This document shows, one piece after another, positions 18,012-27,864 of a stretch of 62,135 nt of DNA. A program made the position numbers and the translations under genes. This stretch comes from an uncultured Clostridia bacterium (GTDB lineage Bacteria > Bacillota > Clostridia > Oscillospirales > JAAYOS01), in assembly GCA_944387575.1 (NCBI GenBank), contig CALXFK010000091.1, positions 1-62,135 on the forward strand, given 5' to 3'. The notes beneath the pieces are model-generated. The model searched no databases and had not been told where the DNA came from. It saw only the letters and a program-made list of their open reading frames with translations. The stretch's first letter is position 1. Each line of letters starts with the position of its first letter.

Positions 18012-19916
18012 TTACCGGGCGCGGGACTTGATTTCCCCGGTGACCTTTTCGACAAATTGCTCGACCGGCATTGCGCCGATGTCACCATCTGAACGCGAGC
18101 GGACAGAGACCTCGCGGCTCTCAGCTTCCTTGTCGCCGATGATGAGCATATACGGTATCTTCTGCATCTGAGCTTCGCGGATCTTGTATCCGATCTTCTC
18201 GTTGCGGGTGTCAACTTCGACACGAACGCCTGCGCCGTCGAGCTGTGCGGCGACCTCGGCGGCGTACTCTGCAGAGCGGTCGGTTATCGGCAGTACCTTG
18301 ACCTGAACGGGGGAGAGCCAGGTCGGGAACGCGCCCGCAAAGTGCTCGGTTATGACACCGATGAAACGCTCGATAGAGCCGAAAACGACGCGATGGATCA
18401 TGACCGGGCGGTGCTTTGCGCCGTCTGCTCCGGTATACTCGAGCTCAAACCGTTCGGGGAGCTGCATGTCGAGCTGTATAGTGCCGCACTGCCAGGTGCG
18501 TCCGAGACAGTCCTCAATGTGGAAGTCGAGCTTCGGACCGTAGAACGCTCCGTCGCCCTTGTTTATTATATAGTCCTTGCCCATTTCGACTATCGCGTCG
18601 CGAAGGGTATTCTCCGCAAACTCCCAGTCCTTCTCGTCGCCCATGTGGTCGTCCGGCATGGTTGAGAGCTCTACCTGATAGTTCAGACCGAAAAGCGAGT
18701 ACACCTCGTCGAACAGGGTCACGACGTTCTTTATTTCGTCCTTCATCTGCTCCCAGGTCATGAAGATGTGCGCATCGTCCTGGGTAAAGCAACGGACGCG
18801 GAACAGACCGTGAAGCGCGCCGCTCAGCTCGTGGCGGTGGACAAGACCAAGCTCGCCCACGCGAAGCGGCAGGTCGCGGTAGGAGTGCGGTTCGTTTTTG
18901 TAGACCAGCATTCCGCCGGGGCAGTTCATCGGTTTTATTGCGAAGTCCTCGTCGTCGATGACGGTGGTGTACATGTTGTCCTTGTAGTGGTCCCAGTGAC
19001 CGCTGCGCTCCCAGAGGTGGCGGCTCAGTATCATAGGCGTGGATATCTCGACATATCCATAGCGCTTGTGGACCTCACGCCAGTACTCTATAAGAGTATT
19101 GCGCAGTATCATGCCTTTGGGCAGGAAGAACGGGAATCCGGGACCCTCCTCCATGAGCACGTAGAGACCAAGTTCCTTGCCGAGCTTGCGGTGGTCGCGC
19201 TTCTTTGCCTCCTCGAGACGCTGGAGGTAGCTGTCCAGATCATCCTTCTTTGCAAATGCGGTTCCGTAGATACGGCAGAGCATCTTGCGGTTAGAATCTC
19301 CGCGCCAGTATGCGCCGGTGGCGTTCATGAGCTTGAATGCCTTGAGCTTGGAGGTGTCCTGCATGTGGGGACCGGCGCAGAGGTCGGTGAAGTCGCCCTG
19401 ACGGTAGAAAGAGATAATTGCATCCTCCGGCAGATCCTCGATGAGCTCGACCTTGTACGGCTGATCGCGGTCCTGCATAAACTTTATAGCCTCGGCGCGT
19501 GGCAGCTCAAAACGCTCGAGCGGCAGCTTCTCCTTGACTATCTTTTTCATCTCCGCCTCGATCTTCTCAAGGTCCTCAGCGCTGAACGGCTCTGGAGTGT
19601 CAAAGTCGTAGTAGAACCCGTCCGCGATCGACGGACCGATAGCAAATTTAACGTCGGGGAAGAGGTGCATAACCGCCTGTGCCATGATATGGCTCGCGGT
19701 GTGCCGCAGCGTAGAGAGACCGCCCTCGGTGTCGAGACCAAGAATGTTGAGCGAGTCGCCATCGTGCAGTTCGGAGCGGAGATCGCAGACCTCTCCGTTT
19801 ATCTCTGCTGCGGCAGCGTTGCGAGCAAGACCCTCGCTTATCTGCTTTGCTGCGTCGAGCGCCGTGCAGCCAGCCTCAAGCTCGAGTGTCGAGCCGTCTT
19901 TCAAAATAATTTTCAC
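18012..19916 (-). CDS. thrS: Threonine-tRNA ligase
   Basis: TGS domain, RHTASH, DLCAGPH, RDHRKLG, KPMNCP, FTQDDAH, FYGPKLD; GTG start after AAAGGA. Confidence 0.98.
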   Translation of the reverse strand: MKIILKDGSTLELEAGCTALDAAKQISEGLARNAAAAEINGEVCDLRSELHDGDSLNILGLDTEGGLSTLRHTASHIMAQAVMHLFPDVKFAIGPSIADGFYYDFDTPEPFSAEDLEKIEAEMKKIVKEKLPLERFELPRAEAIKFMQDRDQPYKVELIEDLPEDAIISFYRQGDFTDLCAGPHMQDTSKLKAFKLMNATGAYWRGDSNRKMLCRIYGTAFAKKDDLDSYLQRLEEAKKRDHRKLGKELGLYVLMEEGPGFPFFLPKGMILRNTLIEYWREVHKRYGYVEISTPMILSRHLWERSGHWDHYKDNMYTTVIDDEDFAIKPMNCPGGMLVYKNEPHSYRDLPLRVGELGLVHRHELSGALHGLFRVRCFTQDDAHIFMTWEQMKDEIKNVVTLFDEVYSLFGLNYQVELSTMPDDHMGDEKDWEFAENTLRDAIVEMGKDYIINKGDGAFYGPKLDFHIEDCLGRTWQCGTIQLDMQLPERFELEYTGADGAKHRPVMIHRVVFGSIERFIGVITEHFAGAFPTWLSPVQVKVLPITDRSAEYAAEVAAQLDGAGVRVEVDTRNEKIGYKIREAQMQKIPYMLIIGDKEAESREVSVRSRSDGDIGAMPVEQFVEKVTGEIKSRAR

Positions 19917-19964
19917 GATTTCGGACCATCCTTTCATATGTTCTGCGGATACGGGGAATGGCAA

Positions 19965-20265
19965 TAATAAAACCCACCCCCGAAACATACACGTTTCAGG
20001 GGTGGGGCAATTTCCTCACGGTTCCACCCTGATTGCCTGCCCGCATTTCCTTTGCGCGGCAGACCACTTTTATCCGCTTAACGCGCGGCAACGTCCGTCC
20101 TTATGCCACGTACTTAGGTGCAGCCCTCGGAGGCGGCTCGGGGAGGGTATCGCCGGAGTCACGCGCGAAGCTTGCAGCACTGGCTCGCAAATTTTGCGGG
20201 CGGGGCTTCGCTCTCTGTGGCAATGATATGACCGGCGCGGTTGTTCCCGTCTGTGCCTTTGACCT
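19965..20265 (-). promoter_or_regulatory. T-box riboswitch (Thr)
   Basis: AGAGA and GCTG distal-loop motifs, probable ACC specifier at 20146-48, T-box AATCAGGGTGGAACCGTG at 20017-34, terminator 19973-20006; promoter TTGACA-17-TATCAT at 20305-20277. Confidence 0.92.
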
Positions 20266-20329
20266 ATACTGGTAGAATGATAACACCGCAAAGCTGTGCT
20301 GTCAATGTGAAAAACGAAGAAAATTCGCC

Positions 20330-20767
20330 TTATTGTGGCGAGCATCCGTGTATAAATGTCTGCATTCCGTGACCGGCTGCCCCATGCGGGAGCGTGTGGA
20401 AGCCAAGCCTCTCATAGAATGACTCCTTTCCCTCTGCCGCTACTAAGGTGACAGTAGACCATGCGGAGGAGGGGAGCATTGCACACATGCGGTCGAGCGC
20501 AGCGTTGACAAGCGCACTTCCGATGCCCTCTCCTCGAGCGTCAGGGCGCACCAGAAGGTCAGCGATAACGAAAATATATGCTCCGTCTCCCGCAACGCGG
20601 AGCATGCCCACCGTCTCGTCTTCGTCGGTGACCGCGCTGAGCGTAAAAAGTGAAGCGGAAAGCGCGCGCTTGAGCAGCGCGCTTTGCAGCGGCTCCATGC
20701 CGCTGACGAGGCGAAGCGTCTGGACATCTACGATCGTTAGACGGTTTTCCAAAATGCTGTAATTCAT
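20330..20767 (-). CDS. GNAT family N-acetyltransferase
   Basis: VGMLRVAGDG, IADLLVRPDARGEGIG (acetyl-CoA motif), FYERLGF; start at MNYSIL. Confidence 0.85.
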   Translation of the reverse strand: MNYSILENRLTIVDVQTLRLVSGMEPLQSALLKRALSASLFTLSAVTDEDETVGMLRVAGDGAYIFVIADLLVRPDARGEGIGSALVNAALDRMCAMLPSSAWSTVTLVAAEGKESFYERLGFHTLPHGAAGHGMQTFIHGCSPQ

Positions 20768-21003
20768 ACATGAAAACTCCTGTCCTGTTTTCTGTCCGAA
20801 TAGTATTATAATTGCCACCATCGGACAAATGCAAGCACTTTTTGTTCTTTTGATCAAAAGTGTTGACCTGTTGTAGATAAAGCACTTGCCATATTTATAA
20901 AAATGGTATAAAATAAACATATCTCTAATCTGAAATTTGAAACACATACGGACATCCAGGTAACGACAGATATGATCGCCTATTACTGTGGAGGTTGATT
21001 GCA

Positions 21004-21351
21004 GTGAAAATCAAATTGGAAAAAGGGCTTCTCGAAATCTCACCCGAGGTTCTCTCCGCGATATGCGGTAATGCGGCGAACCGGTGCCTGTGGGTGAAGA
21101 ATATGGCTCCCGCGTCCGCAGCCGATTCGATTGCGGGTATGTTCGGAATCGGTAAGCTGTACAGAGGCGTGCGTGTGACCGAGCACGAGGACGGTATTGA
21201 CATTGAGCTCCACATACGTATTAAGCACGGGATGAATATTTCGGCTGTTTGCAGCTCTATAATCGACGAAGTCAGATATACGGTGGAGGACGCTACCGGG
21301 ATCCGGGTCCTGAACGTCAATGTCTGTGTAGACGGGTTGGTAAACGATTGA
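21004..21351 (+). CDS. Asp23/Gls24 family protein (YloU-like)
   Basis: Size and motifs (ISPEVLSAICG, VRYTVEDATG, VNVCVDG); directly upstream of fakA; GTG after GGAGG. Confidence 0.85.
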   Translation: MKIKLEKGLLEISPEVLSAICGNAANRCLWVKNMAPASAADSIAGMFGIGKLYRGVRVTEHEDGIDIELHIRIKHGMNISAVCSSIIDEVRYTVEDATGIRVLNVNVCVDGLVND

Positions 21352-21391
21352 GGATCGCGCGGATCTAAATTTATCACGGGGGTTTTCTGAA

Positions 21392-23035
21392 ATGGAACGT
21401 ATAGATGGCTCGGCGTTTAAAACAATGTTGTTGAACGCGGCTGCGGCCGTGGAAATAAATAAGCAGTCGATAAACGAGCTCAATGTTTTCCCGGTCCCGG
21501 ATGGGGACACTGGTACAAACATGTCGCTTACACTGAATGCCGCCGCTTCGAGCATTGCGCCGGTGAACGGGACTGTGGGAGAGATCGGTGACCTTGCCGC
21601 GAAGAATATGGTTCGTGGTGCGCGCGGGAATTCGGGCGTTATTCTTTCACTGCTGTTTCGTGGATTTGCACGTTCTCTGAAAGGATGCGACGATATCGAC
21701 GGCGTCCAGCTCGCCGCTGCTTTCAGTGATGGCGTTGCCTCTGCGTACAAGGCGGTAATGAAGCCGGCAGAGGGCACTATTCTCACCGTTTCGCGCGTGT
21801 CAAGCGAGCTTGGGGTAAATGTGGCAAACGAAAATCCGTCGGCGGAGCATGTGCTCGAGCAGATGATATCCTCGGCGCATGAAGCTCTTGACGAGACGGT
21901 TCATCAGAACCCGGTGCTCGAGAAAGCTGGCGTTGTGGATGCGGGCGGAATGGGTTTCTGCGTTATCCTTGAGGCGATGTTGCGCGGTCTGCGCGGAGAG
22001 GTGATTTCGAGCGGTTCTGCGTCAGGTGAGTCGGGCAAGGCGTCATCGGTATTTGAGGTGTTCGATACCGAGGATATAAAGTTCGGGTACTGCACCGAGT
22101 TTATAGTCAATGTGGACGAGGATAAGCGGGACAGCGTGCTGAAGCTGCGCGCGTTTCTCGACTCTATCGGCGACAGTCTTGTGTTTGTGGAGGACGAGGA
22201 CATAGTAAAGGTCCATGTCCATACTAACGACCCGGGCAAAGCGATAAGCGAGGGGCTCAAATACGGTTCGCTTTCCCGCATGAAGATAGACAATATGCGT
22301 GAGCAGCACACCGAGAAGGTAATAATAACAGGAGCTGAGCCTGTCATGGCTGCGGGACGTTTTGTTGCGAGTCCCGAGAAGAAATACGGCTTTGTGAGCG
22401 TGTCCAGCGGAGATGGGCTGGACGAGGTGTTTCGCGACATAGGTGTGGATAACCTTGTAAAAGGCGGTCAGACAATGAACCCGTCAACCGAGGACATCCT
22501 GCGCGCCATTGATGCAACCCCTGCCGAGGTGGTCATGGTTCTTCCGAACAACAAGAACATCATCATGGCTGCCGAGCAGTGCATTTCTATGAGCGAAAAG
22601 CAGGTGATCATTGTACCGACGAAAACTATCCCTCAGGGCGTCAGTGCAATGCTCGCCTTTGACGAGAATGCGGACCCGAAAAAGAACCGCGAGCAGATGC
22701 TGGAAGCGGCAGCAAATGTGCACACTGGGCAGATAACCTATGCGGCACGGGACAGCGTGTTCGACGGAAAGAAGATAAAGCAGGGCGATTACCTCGCTAT
22801 CGCAGACGGAGAGCTCATAGCAAACAGCCGTTCACGCACAGCCGCACTGAAGAAGCTTGCGCGTGAACTAAGCAAGTTCAGCGCGGAGTTTATAACTGTG
22901 TTTTATGGCGAAGATGTCGACGAGGAGTCGGCAGAGAGCGCCCGAGAAATATTCACAAAGGAGTACCCGGAGGCAGAAGTAAACGTCGTTTATGGCGGGC
23001 AGCCGGTGTATTACTATCTTGTTTCGGTAGAGTGA
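21392..23035 (+). CDS. fakA: DAK2-domain fatty acid kinase subunit A (YloV/FakA)
   Basis: LNVFPVPDGDTGTNM, GARGNSGVILS, VVDAGG, GYCTEF, GGQTMNPS, GGQPVYYY. Confidence 0.94.
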   Translation: MERIDGSAFKTMLLNAAAAVEINKQSINELNVFPVPDGDTGTNMSLTLNAAASSIAPVNGTVGEIGDLAAKNMVRGARGNSGVILSLLFRGFARSLKGCDDIDGVQLAAAFSDGVASAYKAVMKPAEGTILTVSRVSSELGVNVANENPSAEHVLEQMISSAHEALDETVHQNPVLEKAGVVDAGGMGFCVILEAMLRGLRGEVISSGSASGESGKASSVFEVFDTEDIKFGYCTEFIVNVDEDKRDSVLKLRAFLDSIGDSLVFVEDEDIVKVHVHTNDPGKAISEGLKYGSLSRMKIDNMREQHTEKVIITGAEPVMAAGRFVASPEKKYGFVSVSSGDGLDEVFRDIGVDNLVKGGQTMNPSTEDILRAIDATPAEVVMVLPNNKNIIMAAEQCISMSEKQVIIVPTKTIPQGVSAMLAFDENADPKKNREQMLEAAANVHTGQITYAARDSVFDGKKIKQGDYLAIADGELIANSRSRTAALKKLARELSKFSAEFITVFYGEDVDEESAESAREIFTKEYPEAEVNVVYGGQPVYYYLVSVE

Positions 23036-23040
23036 AAGTT

Positions 23041-25104
23041 ATGAATCTCTTTGATAGGGAGCTTCGCTATTTAAAAGGGGTTGGAGAAAAACGCGCCGGG
23101 CTTTTTGCAAAGCTCGGCGTATTCACTGTCGGCGACATACTTCGATATTTTCCGCGTGCATATGAGGATCGTCGCGAGATAGCGCACATTACCGACCTTA
23201 CGCCCGGAATGTCTGTGTGCGTGAGGGGAACGGTAGTGACCGACGTGCGTCAGGCTAGAATAAGCGGCGGGAGGCAGATAGTAAGGTTCCGAATAAGCGA
23301 TGAGAGCGGTCAGGCTGAAGTGATGTTCTTTAACCAGGGCTGGGTAAAGGACAGAATCAGGCGTGGAGGGGAATATATTTTTTACGGTGAGTTCCGTGAA
23401 ATGAAGAACTCAAGGATGCTCTCTCTTGTAAACCCGGTGTATGAAGCGTTCTCAGTTGACAAGACGGGTACAAATACTCAGCGTATAATGCCGGTGTACC
23501 GCCTGACTTCAGGGATCGGACAGAATTACATTCGCGGGATAGTCGAGACGGCGCTGCGGCTCTGTGAGGGGAACTTGGAGGACGTGTTGTCGGAGTCTAT
23601 CCGCGAGAGGTATGTACTGCAGAACGCCGAGCTGTGCTATAAAAACATACATTTCCCGGGTAATGGCGATCTGCTTGCGGATGCACGGCGCAGGTTCGTT
23701 TTCGAAGAGCTGCTTGTGCTGTCGCTTGGACTCAGGCGGATGCGTGGTCGCCGCAATGCAGTTGGATATGCGATACCCGAGATGGATATGTCCGGCTTTG
23801 AACAGGTGCTCTCGTTCAAGCTCACCGGAGCGCAGCAACGTGCTATACGGGATGTCGCCGCGGATATGTCGTCGGGATATACGATGAACCGGCTCATACA
23901 GGGCGATGTCGGCTCGGGAAAAACGATGGTCGCTGCTGCGGCGGCGTGGCTTGCGTGTGGGGCGGGAGTGCAGGCTGCGGTGATGGCTCCGACCGAGATC
24001 CTCGCCTCGCAGCACTATGAGACGCTTGCCCCGATCTTCGAGCGCCTCAATATGCGTACTGCGCTTCTTGTGGGCTCTATGTCCACCGCAAGTAAACGGA
24101 AGACGGTGGAGCTCGCCGCGACCGGTGAGCTTGACGTTCTGATAGGAACGCACGCACTGATCTCGGAGGGCGTCGAATTTAAAAAACTCGGACTTGTTGT
24201 CACCGACGAGCAGCACCGCTTCGGCGTCGCCCAGAGGGCTGCGCTCGCTGAAAAGGGAAACAATGCGCATATGCTTGTCATGAGCGCTACACCGATACCG
24301 AGGACTCTTGCGCTGATGCTGTACGGCGACCTCGACATATCGAGAATAGATGAGCTCCCACCGGGCAGGCGTCCGGTACAGACTTTTGCGGTAAGCGAGA
24401 GCTACCGCCCGCGTGTGGAGAAATTTATACGGAAGCTCGTGGGAGAGGGCAGGCAGGTATTCATAGTATGTCCGCTGGTTGAGGAGGTGGACGGACTCGA
24501 CGACGGTAGAAAAACGGTCGAGACGTATGCGGAGCACCTGAGCCGGGAAGTATTTCCTGAGCTCCGTGTGGAGTTCATACACGGAAGAATGAAGCCCGCA
24601 AAAAAGGATGAGATAATGCGGAAAATGTCGGCGGGAGAGATAGATATTCTTGTCTCTACCACCGTAATAGAGGTTGGGATAGATGTCCCGAACGCCGCGC
24701 TGATAATAATTGAAAATTCGGAGCGGTTCGGACTTGCTCAGCTTCACCAGCTCCGGGGGCGCGTGGGGCGTGGAAGCCACGAGAGCTACTGTATACTGTT
24801 TGAGAACGGGGGCAGTCAGGTCACCCGTGAGCGCATTCGAGTGATGTGTGAAACTAACGACGGATTCAAGATAGCAGAGGAGGACCTCCGACTGCGCGGT
24901 CCGGGCGACTTCTTTGGCAGCCGGCAACACGGTATCCCCGCGCTCAGAATAGCGGATATTGCGGCGGACAATGAGACTATGTCACAGGTTTCGGAGGCGG
25001 CGGGGCTTGTGCTCGCGGACGACCCGGAACTGACCCGCCCGGAAAACGCACTGCTGCGCAGGGAAGTGGATAAAATGTTTGAAAATGCAGGAGAACTCAA
25101 CTAA
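23041..25104 (+). CDS. recG: ATP-dependent DNA helicase RecG
   Basis: QGDVGSGKT, DEQHRFG, MSATPIPRTL, QLHQLRGRVGRG, DLRLRGPG. Confidence 0.97.
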   Translation: MNLFDRELRYLKGVGEKRAGLFAKLGVFTVGDILRYFPRAYEDRREIAHITDLTPGMSVCVRGTVVTDVRQARISGGRQIVRFRISDESGQAEVMFFNQGWVKDRIRRGGEYIFYGEFREMKNSRMLSLVNPVYEAFSVDKTGTNTQRIMPVYRLTSGIGQNYIRGIVETALRLCEGNLEDVLSESIRERYVLQNAELCYKNIHFPGNGDLLADARRRFVFEELLVLSLGLRRMRGRRNAVGYAIPEMDMSGFEQVLSFKLTGAQQRAIRDVAADMSSGYTMNRLIQGDVGSGKTMVAAAAAWLACGAGVQAAVMAPTEILASQHYETLAPIFERLNMRTALLVGSMSTASKRKTVELAATGELDVLIGTHALISEGVEFKKLGLVVTDEQHRFGVAQRAALAEKGNNAHMLVMSATPIPRTLALMLYGDLDISRIDELPPGRRPVQTFAVSESYRPRVEKFIRKLVGEGRQVFIVCPLVEEVDGLDDGRKTVETYAEHLSREVFPELRVEFIHGRMKPAKKDEIMRKMSAGEIDILVSTTVIEVGIDVPNAALIIIENSERFGLAQLHQLRGRVGRGSHESYCILFENGGSQVTRERIRVMCETNDGFKIAEEDLRLRGPGDFFGSRQHGIPALRIADIAADNETMSQVSEAAGLVLADDPELTRPENALLRREVDKMFENAGELN

Positions 25105-26552
25105 ATTCGCAGAAAATTTGCTGAGATCCCTGCGCGCTTGAGCGTCTCGCGCTCCCTCGACTGGCAGGTGAAAACCACTATCTGCCTCGTCTCCGCCTCT
25201 TTGGCGAGCAGTTCGAGAGTGGAGCGCAGGCGCTCATCGTCGAAGTAGACCATTGCGTCGTCGAACAGCAGCGGAGCGTCCTCTGGAAGGATGGTTTTGC
25301 AGATCGCGAGCCGGAGTGCAAAGCGCAGCTGTTCGGACGTCCCGTAGCTCAGTTCGCGGGGGTCGCGGAGCACCGGGTCGACGGCGCTCGCCGCATACGG
25401 CGTGAGCGCGCGGTCGATGACTGTCTTGGAGTATCGCCCGCCCGTCATCCGTGCGAAATATTCCCCAGTCTTTCGCATAAGCGCCGGGGACATGCGGTCG
25501 CGCAGCTTCTCGTCCGCCTCTTCAATAAGCGATATTGCGGCTTCGAGTGCAGCAAGGCGCTTGGCGAGTGTCTCTACCTTTTCGACGAGCTCCTCTCGGC
25601 GTGCCACAAGCGCCGAGGGGTTTAGCGCATCTAGGCTTCCCTCCAGCTTTGCGATGGCGCGGTCGATTTCAAGAAGTTCCTCGTCGGGCGCGTGCTCCGG
25701 AGAATGGCTGTGTGTTGCAAGTCCGGAAAGTAGGTAGACCGCAAGAGCTGCCGGGAGACCAACGAGTGCGGTGTAGACCGTGTGTGTAAGCACGGCGACG
25801 GCAAAGAACGCGACCGCGACGAGCACCGACACGGCTATTCGTGCGGCACGCGGAGGATGTGTTGCGGATGTGACATTTGTGCGCTGTGATTCAAGCGATG
25901 TGCGCCGGTTGCGCAATTCGTCAAGGGAGGTTGAGATCTCGTTGCAGCGTGAAAGCGTGTTTTCGATATTGTTAAGTTCCTGAAAGGCGGAGCCGGAAGC
26001 TCCGCCTTTCTGCTGCGCGGACACCTCTCGCCGCCAGCGTTTCAGGCGGTCTATTGCTTCACCTGCGGACACCGATTCGTCTCCGCCTGCGGCGAGCGCC
26101 GTGAGTCTGCGCTCTATTTCTGCGCCACCTGGAGGCAACGTCTGCGGACCTATTATGCAGCATCGCGAGAACATGTCGCGCCCGATACCCAGAAGCTGTT
26201 CTCCGGGAGAACGCATGTCCACCTTCTGCCCGGAGGCGGTGACGTCGACCCGTCCCAGTGCGGATGTGGGGGAGGCGCTCCGAACGATGCAGTATTCGAC
26301 TCCGCCGTGTTCAAGTACGAGGCTGCCGCTACACGGCGCTCCGCTCCACGACTGGGCAAGTTTCTTTTCGGATAGGGCGCGTTTGCTATCCCGCTGCGCG
26401 CTGTCTATTCCGTACAGCATCGAGCGGACGAAGGAGCACCAGGTAGTTTTGCCGTGTTCGTTTGATCCCTCTACGATGTTGAGCCCGGGGCGGAGCTCGA
26501 GCCTGTCTCCGTTGAGCTTGCCGTAGTTTGCAAGCATGTTTCGTATCACCAC
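25101..26552 (-). CDS. SMC/Rad50-like ATPase (YhaN/SbcE-like) with a central hydrophobic hairpin
   Basis: Walker A GSNEHGKTT, coiled coils, signature LSYGTSEQL, Walker B LLFDD, VFTCQ; overlaps the upstream nuclease gene. Confidence 0.82.
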   Translation of the reverse strand: MVIRNMLANYGKLNGDRLELRPGLNIVEGSNEHGKTTWCSFVRSMLYGIDSAQRDSKRALSEKKLAQSWSGAPCSGSLVLEHGGVEYCIVRSASPTSALGRVDVTASGQKVDMRSPGEQLLGIGRDMFSRCCIIGPQTLPPGGAEIERRLTALAAGGDESVSAGEAIDRLKRWRREVSAQQKGGASGSAFQELNNIENTLSRCNEISTSLDELRNRRTSLESQRTNVTSATHPPRAARIAVSVLVAVAFFAVAVLTHTVYTALVGLPAALAVYLLSGLATHSHSPEHAPDEELLEIDRAIAKLEGSLDALNPSALVARREELVEKVETLAKRLAALEAAISLIEEADEKLRDRMSPALMRKTGEYFARMTGGRYSKTVIDRALTPYAASAVDPVLRDPRELSYGTSEQLRFALRLAICKTILPEDAPLLFDDAMVYFDDERLRSTLELLAKEAETRQIVVFTCQSRERETLKRAGISANFLRI

Positions 26553-27583
26553 TGTGGACGCTCCTCTCCGTCGAGGGCGGCAAGAGCGAGCCTCAGCGCT
26601 GTGGAATTCTCATATCCGCGCTCCGCCGCGACCGACTTCACTATGCCGGCAAGTGAGTATTCATCAACGTGTGTAACAGAGGTGTTGTCGATGATTTGCA
26701 GGTAAAATGTCTGTTTTTGCAGTGTATTCAGTTCGGAGTGGCTAATTGGGCGCTCCGGGACCCCAGTTAGCGTCAGCCGGACAAGGTCGCGGCTGTGGTC
26801 GGACAGCAGTTCCCGTATCCGCCCGACAGGGTCAGGTATGCCGTTGAGCCGAAGAGGAATGTCAATGAACCTGTGTGCACCGAAGCTCACAAATTCGACC
26901 GACACTTTTTTATCTATTGTCACAAGGTATGCGCCGACGTCCCCTTCATCCTGGAACCCGGTGGGAAGCGCACATCCGGAGTACGCATACACCGTACCGC
27001 CGTCGGCTTGAACCGGCGAGGAGCGCGCGTGGATGTGCCCGAGCGCTAGGTAGTCGGCAGCGCAGTTTGCAATGTCTCGCGCGCGGATAGGGCAGTATTT
27101 TGAAGCGTTGGATATGTCGCCGTGCATGAGCAGTACCGACTGCGGCGAGCCGGGTGAGCGGAAGTGGTCCAGTTTCGGAGTGTGGCAGTAGACGTCGGAA
27201 AAGGCACAGCCATATATGAGAAAGCCGTGAAATTTCACCGCGCTCAGCTCCTCGGAGTCAAATATGTGTACACACTCCGGCCATTCGCGGGTGAGATAGG
27301 GGGAACGCGCATCGAGATAGTCGTGGTTTCCGGGGGAGATGAACACCGGGACCCCTGCGTCGCCAAACAGAGCTATGGTCCTCTCAAAGACTGAGGGGGG
27401 TGGTGTAGCGCTGTCGAACAGATCGCCCGCAATGAGCACCGCGTCCGCCTCATCTCTTGCGAAACGCAGCATCCTGTAAAGGACACGGAATGCATCCTCC
27501 GCGAGCTCATCCGCAATATCCGGCGGCAGTGAGCTGTGCATGCAACCAAGGTGGAGGTCTGCGAGGTGAAGGAATTTCAGCAT
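26546..27583 (-). CDS. Mre11/SbcD-like metallophosphoesterase nuclease (YhaO-like)
   Basis: HLADLHLG, AGDLFD, PGNHD, LMHG, LALGHIH; promoter TTGCAA-17-TATAAT at 27709-27681. Confidence 0.9.
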   Translation of the reverse strand: MLKFLHLADLHLGCMHSSLPPDIADELAEDAFRVLYRMLRFARDEADAVLIAGDLFDSATPPPSVFERTIALFGDAGVPVFISPGNHDYLDARSPYLTREWPECVHIFDSEELSAVKFHGFLIYGCAFSDVYCHTPKLDHFRSPGSPQSVLLMHGDISNASKYCPIRARDIANCAADYLALGHIHARSSPVQADGGTVYAYSGCALPTGFQDEGDVGAYLVTIDKKVSVEFVSFGAHRFIDIPLRLNGIPDPVGRIRELLSDHSRDLVRLTLTGVPERPISHSELNTLQKQTFYLQIIDNTSVTHVDEYSLAGIVKSVAAERGYENSTALRLALAALDGEERPQW

Positions 27584-27788
27584 CTTTTACCTCATTTCTA
27601 TGCCAGGCAGCTCCGGCAGACGGTACCGAAGAGCGGTCCGACCCGGTCGCCAGTCAATCAAATCTAATGCTGTTTTCTATATTATACAGGCTTGGTATGA
27701 CCTTTGCAACGCGCGTTCAACGACAACACTCTGAAATTACGTATATATAGCGGCAAAAATGAGAAGTAATGTTTTTGCACTTTATATG

Positions 27789-27817
27789 TTGAAAGGAACC
27801 GCGGAAAAGTGTATAAT
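27789..27817 (+). promoter_or_regulatory. sigmaA-type promoter of typA
   Basis: TTGAAA-17-TATAAT. Confidence 0.7.
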
Positions 27818-27864
27818 TTTGCGGTGTTACCGAATTATATTCTGCAAATTGGAAGGTGCGGCAC

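Noticed and set aside
27607-27619. 13-mer CTGCCGGAGCTGC shared by the yhaO-like and nusB upstream regions (46262-74)
   Set aside because: A single GC-rich 13-mer match among several kb of spacers is compatible with chance; no flanking similarity
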